37,806 nucleotides of DNA from an uncultured Gemmatimonadaceae bacterium (GTDB lineage Bacteria; Gemmatimonadota; Gemmatimonadetes; Gemmatimonadales; GWC2-71-9), in NCBI GenBank assembly GCA_964459705.1, contig CAYWNR010000001.1:16481-54286 (forward strand), in the 5' to 3' direction. Made by a program: the position numbers and the translations under genes. Every line of letters begins with the position of its first letter. The first letter of the stretch is position 1. The notes beneath the pieces were generated by a model. That model was not told the DNA's origin. It searched no databases and saw only the letters and a list, made by a program, of their open reading frames with translations. Of this stretch, positions 20,801-25,118 are shown in pieces.

Positions 20801-20931
20801 TCGGCGGGCTGGGTGCCGCCGACCAGGACGGCGAGCAGCACCCCCAGACGCACCCAAGCGCCCCCGTTGGTTCGAGGGCGCCTCCCAGGCCGGTCGTCCG
20901 CGGTCGCCATTGCGCCGAACACAGCCGTCAA
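8878..20931 (-). CDS. Giant secreted protein (4017 aa from TTG 20931; 4010 aa from ATG 20910), family not recognised. N-terminal signal, small beta-sandwich-like modules, ~2600 aa of beta-rich repeats, ~490-aa helical segment, four C-terminal FN3-like modules.
   Basis: A single uninterrupted 12-kb frame with protein-like composition and G/C-rich third positions. Signal-like N-terminus ...GGAWVRLGVLLAVLVGGTQPAELAAQA-PGW. There are internal repeats, a K/E/A-rich linker and an Ala/Glu/Leu/Gln-rich helical block. C-terminal modules carry DPESGI / DPETGI / DDETGV / DPESGL motifs. The start is ambiguous: TTG 20931-20929 overlaps the upstream small ORF's TGA as TTGA, and ATG 20910-20908 is the first ATG. 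Confidence 0.9.
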   Translation of the reverse strand: MTAVFGAMATADDRPGRRPRTNGGAWVRLGVLLAVLVGGTQPAELAAQAPGWTASLLVQPFPSPFIADWERNPQMAVLTLIYSGTAPQDFRVEGWVQSAERGELARVVSPSVSFGFGPVTQIFTGADILDWETVRQDQKYVDQVLRTGMIPEGRHQMCARVLDAQNVELVSTCADFTIALPEPPQLIFPANQGVVAGLLPVFQWTPIFLPPEIGASYRVRVFELLKGQTPETAVFANPVWFEEEETGAPMVVYPLDALPLDPMKQYVWSVEALDGEGRPVTRGGRSSEIWTFSVGGPGRETGVTKELPDTLTLIPGVAQLTGLRSAEVGLTDFAYVVNGWLNLELEAPLRTIVRVEARDLEIDRTSIQSLAVVRSGELSGAVKSGSDLAAAAGPLVRFTQLGYETGSGLTLAAQVALPGFAPMDLTGRAQVTAAGLFGQLERTAPADAPLASIGGSPVQYAVDQARLLLPTGRLEMTGQVRVLGADVGCSATGTLADGVVTIPVVCRPTGGFAPGGAETRPLVTFGTIAGSLTADFLGDRLESDLRAPATLQVFGDASEGCTVDFTLVLGRESLTREDERSDCDAGHAYADFGWVRMGLSNLRLDRFDLDPGGRLVWRALVDLAPQARGAENLQLPPIEGVVLDETGVTLPGSSSDAPGTQTSGVIEIDSVQLLPRTMGFVGQQVPYDRWLSGQDPGFEWGSGTSWVSFPHVPLEQSACLNEQPFEVDTLVVKDGRIDATLQEHRFENGCVLREADNLHVSVETVDGKVVFALGDTPRVTEFPLIAGALVRPDPDCGLPVVGCLGQTTSHELNGELRLTPTGRLRGTLEGFQPSWVQFDLRFAKLSPAGGQLVLAVSDSGTQTAIYDGSIKVDFGRIEEAKKEEPAKTSASDESAAVQDKAKAGADAAAQAAGPAGGLASGVLSGTQDAPTATARIDYITGRLLSGDIALEGPFKLEWGMLTFIVARATLSPRGLLVDGRQRMLVDSVMSGVKDYNAERIDSVYTHRTDTVSVTFAGVYLNPASGDITSGAIGMMEGLALESSPIGFVWSGAKNFTPSLASGSFDPKDSDWGGGNIRLVLPAAPAVNADGLRLQGRAPAQVAVRGSRFDDASVTFEEGFAVQPASGRVTGGRATVHLKEYPIAYLDASGWHLALAELLTAVIPDTLFLRDRATAFVPLKDTTGNLLVQVDSTDDGLRFRTRTGETLRLVVPALKGTRPDPPALDVAFDLTLDRGTLLPISGQLSAKTSSGAAGGQPTADFPFVLDSIALRAERGSEPSFLAHGRLALLNGQEPLRITLGLEGGGILSADIEQPFSDSVALVPGVSRLRFGIDTLRFQAQGPLDATFAWRLELPGHIAYVDPDADRTTQIATATFRLSPTEAALVNFESPDSLFRVPLPGVDLLLGRFRAPQFRWDIAQSQFDFEFLFDAAIEIPALDSLRLPEIRDVHITPQGMVVPGFELPAVPTISDPNGPFESGSDSLRPLRVGGFAVRALAYRVGEFRWDWSSNAPPPELDFGVDLEFAIEDIPSGLDDQTARFTIRALDVGFANGRLTGTFERVDFPRPLRTPVADIRGAFGSFDLSENGPGDVRIGLLADLTLPNLLACPSAVSGTVSLESPTDTLFIAGNGTLYGSVRNVLPTCVVALGPLEAQIGNSTVRFGYDADSGTVEAGLDASVVVRLLSDQAGDTVSATGTLSIDLIRGEVVDAEASIDQPFYWAPDPANPFLRLVVNQASLTQHWLQFGATGELRTAEGAGVDVGFEDVAFDLNTGTLAKGRIHVTADLAVGIEIGESGDLVYGVFPATEPRGTGASARIVLSAGAVIDTAGVELTGTATASLGYGGETYAALTATFDSAFTIGFSPRVAITQGRLDLRSPEGDLIAYVNRLGFWPGNVFAVLPIPARLGIPSEDVAYLQLRNPADTSVLLVETIFSAETLRIRTRPNEQVDLVLPALADGGAPPDVRTSFDLVLNARNLRPLSGEIVVSTQAGAPLITLPGYPVAITQLAYRGGAGGYHLQADLRATLPGPLDDVDLVFRDMELSAEGLRGQVELGQYSETYVPSAPAIAEAQFRGDTLAVRLTGARLTLAPNANVVEVSGAIHSVFLASAEGTPLPIHLAARVDAQGFHGTADVSDPETPIAIGQAALTIENGFGQPGIVVDATAQDFALRLGGTLRLPDLAPGFALSVHDLRVGSTGITLPNISITAPTSTAEFELFGAQFALQDSVVGSTQVAPAVDVAIAAGVVRFTMSGYVTLLQNTMRFIGLQVGTDGSFALQGANFLSRPIDIIPGYAQLTTARIATRALELAGAVTLPPPFTSRAPQEVTVHVLPDGRVTGGGHVVLIDEPEGLASAQTKVSAGVATFHLRRLDLALDFENQANTAASMVADVYVQDDPSNLLRFGSVSGGTVTPGIRIAANGAVTWGGLAMPSPITVRMAPATLTVRQATAQPTETGFAVALGGSLALDVAGGSGTLTFHNVGFTSAGEVNLGEASFDGGTFTIQEKVKLVVGRVAWNREESSIFVPVAQPPASDGSVRPDSVSVTVRNYLDFGASVDVAGVFKGGVDRVLVYVRASDSTTHLLIHNLAVEIPDVVAFQASLSYDELPNGFDLSLATEGTLLGHYEVAMVGVMRRRADQFSAGIFLRTSVEVPLVPGVVTLTGVGGGFFINPSTTDLQLVKNVAGLNGPSADRVGMPPAGQFAVMLYASVDVVGAGGASAASGRAMLTITDQAAQLNAMATFFNMHNQISGDLALQVGWSPAAYVRGDVTLVVNIEKTVSGSAGIQFFAGSNTFAVKGNADFTILDVIQANAEVIVVPSGFTVSMGYSVSKSTNALSATVGANLRLWYRPSTSDLGAFLTFTGQVTAMGVTGELGMIGALVIEPQLAIYAQGTARVVGVDLLTFEVWAQYTPGGFAMGLGRSEELAAVLAHAQQVASELESEANDILAGIDAAAQELARTPIPVSRESLAAAYANFQRWNWVQMLVGWNGFRAMEGTTRGGLLPTTATDPYVAFYERVLSNSEAAADTAEVVQLRAEAEHKLAVIVDQRAEVEARIRAVRLQLADLEETAAFVPPADPVTTWSSGSPALVEGPAGPDGAPTMVLTGVPEFALDDEASATARGTMSAAQAATVARQAQMRDQIAAVESGLATVLAATSGTDAASFASYARLHSDAVETIEREHAVNVEFRMRRLSWTLAKLDTLAQERPGVEQRLNAKLGDISSYQQTLGNPDYLQRSGTAVELDALAASRVHYLSEWAGDPSLEQTYASDAASWRAQRVAAAKALKSDSLDGAASARMDQALTWFRTQAVSYGLRTWWEVADAGLTQARDGARAVVDGAADTAELVIRSARDQLASLTSSLAALNEQQAELYGVLHDLYDDYLRTYGTTGTEGQQFSARLAELNEMLQAPRVTSPRVVVTDYGFLSSITTTWSGTHPRGVYEYLLQEGSDSLHSVGGTGEAVRWAYSTEPAGGTVARNQHVLVRGGAGLTGEALTPYTLTFSSTPVATPHSTVAVPPVDLTPPGRPVVEFVGLPTLVNVDGVGEVWTADSTRVTARWSASDPESGIAEYAYRVLALPVEQTTTQTSSLLGRATLVRPTVLVDWTSVGGRTSAAIQGLHLAASQKIHVEVRATNGAGLVGDIGQSPVLRLDPTPPVFPVGSQLVPPAGMFATPRAPVLLISQPAPSPACGTTTSLRSGEERPVWDGRLVTVVPTGGIVGGDARVRLTLGRPDATDPETGIYGYLYRVDSVAPGPVLPNDGWADIPEATPSFVATGPDFRYGKPRFVTLVAINALGVKSAPLTYGPVTVPDATVPSRPAFCAGYSAGIIAYLTTLATDDETGVLGYQIRVRDAVTGVTVRGFPSGSTVDWPASQALANTGVRIPFTPAGGWRFLVDLRAVSGLGVAGDVASSGEVLADVTPPQPAGVSGRIVNGAAVLTLTVQTDPESGLGGVDISFGTSSTEPILSSGTSTYSIPYVAYPVAAGTSTRTIQLPAQILQASQLYVFVRVKNGAGIASKASSARIR
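10717..12192 (-). other. Predicted alpha-helical / coiled-coil-like segment of the giant protein (residues ~2914-3405)
   Basis: The composition changes sharply from G/T/V/S/D-rich beta-type sequence to A/E/L/Q/R-rich runs. Examples are SEELAAVLAHAQQVASELESEANDILAGIDAAAQELA, VVQLRAEAEHKLAVIVDQRAEVEARIRAVRLQLADLEE and LASLTSSLAALNEQQAELYGVLHDLYDDYL. Confidence 0.6.
18127..18300 (-). other. Lys/Glu/Ala-rich low-complexity linker in the giant protein (residues 878-935)
   Basis: EEAKKEEPAKTSASDESAAVQDKAKAGADAAAQAAGPAGGLASGVLSG. I verified codon coordinates directly: GAG GAG GCG AAG AAG GAA GAA starts at 18300 on the minus strand. Confidence 0.7.
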
Positions 20932-21137
20932 CTCATTTTGGTAGCGTCACTTGCCCACGCGCTGAGCAAGCGGAGGAGTTCTTCGGAATCCTCGAAGTTG
21001 CGCCGGTCGGCAGTGCCGAGGCGCTCGATCATCCCGGCGCACGTCGGTGGGTCGCCTGCGGTGGCCAGCCGCAGCTTGAGGACGAAATACCCGTAACCCG
21101 TTGTCACAAAAGTGTCTCCCTCACCCCGGCGGTCCAT
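20928..21137 (-). CDS. Small hypothetical protein (69 aa), first gene of the operon
   Basis: ATG 21137-21135 is preceded by AGGAA nine nt upstream. The composition is protein-like: MDRRGEGDTFVTTGYGYFVLKLRLATAGDPPTCAGMIERLGTADRRNFEDSEELLRLLSAWASDATKMS. Its TGA overlaps the TTG of the giant ORF as TTGA. The antisense ORF 20910-21155 looks less protein-like. Confidence 0.5.
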   Translation of the reverse strand: MDRRGEGDTFVTTGYGYFVLKLRLATAGDPPTCAGMIERLGTADRRNFEDSEELLRLLSAWASDATKMS

Positions 21138-21182
21138 GGCGTCGGTTCCTGGTGACGTGACGCAGATTGAAGCTCACCCCGA

Positions 21183-21222
21183 CCCGTCAGCGGGCCGTGA
21201 ACCGGGTGTCAACCGCGTGTCA
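21183..21222 (-). promoter_or_regulatory. Four direct heptamer repeats at exact 11-bp phasing; candidate SARP/OmpR-type activator binding array upstream of the operon promoter
   Basis: The minus strand reads TGACACG cggt TGACACC cggt TCACGGC ccgc TGACGGG. Plus-strand unit starts are 21216, 21205, 21194 and 21183. A weak -10-like TTCAAT lies 11 nt downstream (21171-21166), about 28 nt ahead of the small-ORF ATG. The array also ends 8 nt before the regulator's GTG on the other strand. Confidence 0.45.
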
Positions 21223-21230
21223 GGCCCCCC

Positions 21231-24200
21231 GTGCTGACGCTGCGCACCCTCGGGCCACCGCGGCTCGACGGGCCGGACGGTGAGTTGCTCCGGGGCCGTC
21301 GCAAGGAGCTGGCGCTCCTCGCCTACCTCGCCGCGCGCCGCCCCCGCGCCGTGCCGCGGGAGGCGCTGGCGGATCTCCTGTGGGGTGCCCGGCCGGACAC
21401 CAACGCCCGGCAGTCGCTGCGGCAGGCGCTCCTCAGCCTCAAGCGAGCCGTTCCCGACGGGTTCGACGCGGAGGCGGACGCGGTGGGCCTCGGGACGGAC
21501 GCGCTGCAACTGGACATCTCACTCTTCGAGGCGGACCTCGCCGCCGGGCGCCGCGCGGAAGCGATTGCCCGTTGGCAGGGCGACTTTCTCTCGGGCTTTG
21601 AGGACATCGGCGGCGAGGCGTTCCGGAGCTGGCTGGAAGGCGAACGCGAGGGCCTGCGGCGGCGCTTGCAGGTCGCCCTGGCAGAGCTCGTGGATGACGC
21701 GGAGCGGCGCGGAGACAGAGCCGAGGCGGTCGTATGGGCGGAGCGGTGGACCGATCTGCTCCCGCTCGACGAACGCGGCGTCATCCGGCTCGTGCGAGCC
21801 TTGCACGCGGCAGGACGCGCGGGCGAAGCTCTGGCGCGCCGGTCCGCGTACGTGGCGCGCCTGCGTCAGGATCTCGGCGTGGAGCCCTCCGCCGAACTCG
21901 AGCAGCTCGGGAAAGAGATCGCCCCTGGCAGCCCGGCGGCGTCTCCCGCACCCGTCTCCGGCGTGCTGTTCACGCCGGACCTGGTCGGGCGTGGGGCGGC
22001 GCTCGAGGCACTGGACCGCGCCTGGAGCCTCACGACGTCAGGGACGGCGGCGCTCGTGCTGGTCGAGGGCGACGAGGGGATGGGGAAGACCCGCCTGTGC
22101 GAAGAGTTCGAGCGCCGGCTCCCGCCAGGCACGGTGGTGCTTCGGGCGCGGGGAATCGACGCCGCACGCAGCGTGCCGTACTCCACCGTTCATGATCTGC
22201 TCGGGGGGCTGCACGAGGCACCCGGCCTCGCCGGCGCACGAGGCACGGCGTTGGCCACCATCGGCGCGATCGCGCCGGGCGTGCGCGAGCGGTTCCCGGA
22301 CGCCGTCGCCGCCGGACGGGGCTCCGAGCTGGCCGAGGCGCTCGCCGACGTGCTGGCCGCGGTGGCCGCTGAGCGTCCGGTCCTGCTGTTCGTGGACGAC
22401 TATTCCGTCGCGGACCGCGAGAGCCAGGCGCTGCTCCTCACCGTCGCCCGCCGCCTGCGACACGCCGCCGTCTGCATGCTGTTCACCGCCCGCACCATCG
22501 ACACGCCGGCGGACCTGCTGGCTGAGCTGCGCGGCCGGGTCGGCGAGACGCGCATCCGGCTGGTCCCGCTCTCGAGTCAGGACGTCGAGGCGCTGCTCGC
22601 GTCGATGCTGGAAGTGGCGCCGGATGATCGGCCCGCGCTGGCCCGGCGGCTGTACGCGGAGAGCGGCGGCAACCCGTTCTACCTGACCGAGACGACCGCG
22701 ATGCTGCTCGATGAGGGTCGGCTGACCGCCGATGCTCGGGGCGTGTGGCGACCGACGGCGGGCGTGCTCGACGGCACGCTCCCGGTCCCGCCGTCTCTCC
22801 GCGAAGCAGCACGCCGCCGGTTCGAGGCACTGTCACCACACGCGCGGACGGTCGCCGAGGCAGCGGCGGTGCTCGGCCCCCTCGCCACCCTGAGCCGCCT
22901 GGCCCTCGTGACCCACCTACCCGACGATACGGTCGAGCGAGCGGTCGAAGAGCTGGTCCTCCGCCGCGTGCTGCGCCCGTCGCCTGCCGGTGCGGGGACG
23001 TACGAATTCGCGCACGACGTCACGCGCCGTGCCGCGCTTGACCGCCTGCCAGGAACCCGCCGCCGTCGGCTCCACACCGCCACGTTGCGGGTGCTCCGGG
23101 CCGCGCCGCCCTCGCCGGAGGTGACGGCCGCCACCCTCGCGCACCATCGGCGTCGCGCCGGACCGCTGGGGGGGCGCCTCCCGCCGTGGCTTGGCACGCG
23201 CGCGCTCGTCGCGGCCGGCCTCCTCGTGGTGGTCGGGTTCGCCGCATGGCTCCGGTTCGGCGCCTCACCCACCGGATTCGCCGAGCGTGACTGGATCGTG
23301 CTCGCGGATCTCGACAATGCCACCGGCGACTCCGTGTTCGATGAATCGCTCACGGCCGCGCTCTTTGTTTCGATCTCGCAGTCGCAGCACGTGAACGTGT
23401 TTCCACCCGCGCGAATCCGCGAGACGCTCCAGCGCATGCAGCGGAGTGACGTCAAACACCTGACGGAGTTGCTCGCGCGGGAGGTCGCGCAGCGTGAAGG
23501 GGTCCGGGCCGTCGTCACGCTCACGCTCACGCGGACCGGCGATCGGTACGCGCTGGTAGCACGAATCGTGGACCCCCCAACGGGACGAACCCTGGCCACG
23601 CTCACCGCCGACGCCCAAGGGAGAGCGCGCGTCCTGAGCGCGCTCGACGATCTCGCGGCGGGGCTCAGGCGGAAGCTCGGGGAAAGTACCGGCGATATCC
23701 GCGAGCGGAACGTGCCGCTGCCCGAGGCAACGACCGCATCACTCGAGGCGCTCAAGCTGTTCGCCGATGGGAGCACTGCGCTGGACGAGGACCGCACAAG
23801 CGAGGGCATCACCGCCCTCCGATCCGCGGTGGCCCTGGACGCGAACTTCGCGTGGGCGCACGCGCTGCTGGGCCGCTACCTGGCGTGGATGAACGACCCC
23901 CTCAATGCGGCACCCCACCTCGAGAAGGCGCTGGCCCTGAGCGATCGGCTGCCAGAACGGGAACGGCTATGGATCAAGCTGCTGGTAGCCGAAGGTCGTG
24001 AGGATCGTCCCGAGGCAGTTCGACGCGCGCGCGAGTACCTCGCGCAGTATCCCGACGACCGCGACGGCTGGTTCGCCCTTGGGCGCACGCTCCAGGAGGC
24101 GCAGGACCGTGAAGGCGCGCTCGAGGCATATCGCCGCGTCCTCGAGATCGACCCGCACGCCACGTCCGCGCTCGTCAATTCGGCCTTGTTGTATGACCTG

Positions 24201-25118
24201 CTCGGGCGCCCACGGGAAGCAGTAGCCGCGTTCGAGCGCGCGGCGGCGATGGACTCATCGGTCGTCACCCAGGTGGCGGGCGACCTCAACCGCCTCTACG
24301 GATTTGCCCTCCTCCGGACGGGTGACAGCGCTCGCGCGCGCGCCGTGTTCGAACGCCTCCTCTCGGGCCGCCGTAGCCAGCAGCTCAACGGCCTCCGATC
24401 CCTTGCGCTCCTCGAGGCATACTACGGTCGCTATGACCAGGCAGTGGCAACGCTCACACAGGCGATTCAACTCAGCGTCGCTGCGGACGCGCGGGTCAGC
24501 GAGTTTCGGAACCGGCTGTATCTGGCCGGGATCCACCGGACGGCGGGGCACCTGGACGCGGCACGCCAGCAGCTGCGCCGCGCACGCGAGATCCAGGTGG
24601 CCATGGCGGGTCTCCCTGGAGCCTGGCTGGGGCTGCTGGGCCAGCACGAGGCTCGCACCGGCCTGACGGACGACGCCCAGCAGGTGTTGGAAGCGATGCT
24701 CGCGAAGGACACCACGTCCTGGACCAACATGGATCGGGCCGCGATCCCGCTCGTGCGGGGGGAGTTGGCCCTTGCTCAGGGCGACGCCGCGACGGCGGCT
24801 GACGCTCTCGCACGTGCCGTGGAACTGAATGGCGCCACGTATGAGCGGGAGGCGCTCGCCCGCGCGCTGGTGTCAGCCGGGCGTACGCAGGAAGCGGTCG
24901 ACGCCTATCAGAAGACGCTGAGCGACAGCGCCATCGGGTGGGAGGTCCAGGAACCGTGGGTGCTGGCGCACTACGAATTGGCCCAACTGTATGACGCTCT
25001 GGGCGATTCGGCCGCGGCGCTGCCGCTCTATCGCCGACTCGCCGAGCAGTGGCGCGCCGGCGACCCTGACCTTCCCCTCCTTCAGAGCATTCGGCGCCGC
25101 CTGGGGCAGGGTGGCTAA
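21231..25118 (+). CDS. Membrane-anchored SARP/AfsR-like regulator (1295 aa). OmpR-type winged helix plus BTAD, P-loop NTPase, one TM helix, then a TolB-N-like/TPR C-terminal region.
   Basis: The N-terminus MLTLRTLGPPRLDG...RKELALLAYLA...REALADLLWG...ARQSLRQALLSLKR...LDISLFE...GDFL..F...F..W...ER matches the SARP wHTH+BTAD pattern. Walker A is GDEGMGKT (22068-22091) and Walker B is VLLFVDD. After the TM helix comes WIVLADLDNATGDSVFDESLTAALFVSISQSQHVNVFP, then many TPR-like hairpins to the C-terminus. An in-frame TGA at 21198-21200 makes GTG 21231 the first possible start. Confidence 0.85.
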   Translation: MLTLRTLGPPRLDGPDGELLRGRRKELALLAYLAARRPRAVPREALADLLWGARPDTNARQSLRQALLSLKRAVPDGFDAEADAVGLGTDALQLDISLFEADLAAGRRAEAIARWQGDFLSGFEDIGGEAFRSWLEGEREGLRRRLQVALAELVDDAERRGDRAEAVVWAERWTDLLPLDERGVIRLVRALHAAGRAGEALARRSAYVARLRQDLGVEPSAELEQLGKEIAPGSPAASPAPVSGVLFTPDLVGRGAALEALDRAWSLTTSGTAALVLVEGDEGMGKTRLCEEFERRLPPGTVVLRARGIDAARSVPYSTVHDLLGGLHEAPGLAGARGTALATIGAIAPGVRERFPDAVAAGRGSELAEALADVLAAVAAERPVLLFVDDYSVADRESQALLLTVARRLRHAAVCMLFTARTIDTPADLLAELRGRVGETRIRLVPLSSQDVEALLASMLEVAPDDRPALARRLYAESGGNPFYLTETTAMLLDEGRLTADARGVWRPTAGVLDGTLPVPPSLREAARRRFEALSPHARTVAEAAAVLGPLATLSRLALVTHLPDDTVERAVEELVLRRVLRPSPAGAGTYEFAHDVTRRAALDRLPGTRRRRLHTATLRVLRAAPPSPEVTAATLAHHRRRAGPLGGRLPPWLGTRALVAAGLLVVVGFAAWLRFGASPTGFAERDWIVLADLDNATGDSVFDESLTAALFVSISQSQHVNVFPPARIRETLQRMQRSDVKHLTELLAREVAQREGVRAVVTLTLTRTGDRYALVARIVDPPTGRTLATLTADAQGRARVLSALDDLAAGLRRKLGESTGDIRERNVPLPEATTASLEALKLFADGSTALDEDRTSEGITALRSAVALDANFAWAHALLGRYLAWMNDPLNAAPHLEKALALSDRLPERERLWIKLLVAEGREDRPEAVRRAREYLAQYPDDRDGWFALGRTLQEAQDREGALEAYRRVLEIDPHATSALVNSALLYDLLGRPREAVAAFERAAAMDSSVVTQVAGDLNRLYGFALLRTGDSARARAVFERLLSGRRSQQLNGLRSLALLEAYYGRYDQAVATLTQAIQLSVAADARVSEFRNRLYLAGIHRTAGHLDAARQQLRRAREIQVAMAGLPGAWLGLLGQHEARTGLTDDAQQVLEAMLAKDTTSWTNMDRAAIPLVRGELALAQGDAATAADALARAVELNGATYEREALARALVSAGRTQEAVDAYQKTLSDSAIGWEVQEPWVLAHYELAQLYDALGDSAAALPLYRRLAEQWRAGDPDLPLLQSIRRRLGQGG
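23202..23252 (+). other. Single predicted transmembrane helix within the regulator (residues 658-674, ALVAAGLLVVVGFAAWL)
   Basis: A 17-residue uncharged hydrophobic stretch, flanked by RRRAGPLGGRLPPWLGTR on the N-side and RFGASP on the C-side. I verified the codon register at 23202 (GCG CTC GTC GCG GCC GGC CTC). Confidence 0.65.

Noticed and set aside
8878-20931. Giant protein as an RTX/T1SS adhesin, RHS/YD toxin, NRPS/PKS or T9SS cargo
   Set aside because: It has an N-terminal Sec-type signal. I saw no GGxGxD nonapeptides, no YD repeats and no adenylation, ketosynthase or carrier motifs. The C-terminus is an FN3-like module rather than a recognisable sorting domain. A TamB/AsmA-like identity is neither confirmed nor excluded and is left as a test.
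21207-21212. TTGACA hexamer on the minus strand as a sigma70-type -35 box
   Set aside because: No acceptable -10 lies 16-19 nt downstream; the nearest -10-like TTCAAT is 35 nt away. The hexamer is better explained as part of the 11-bp phased heptamer array.
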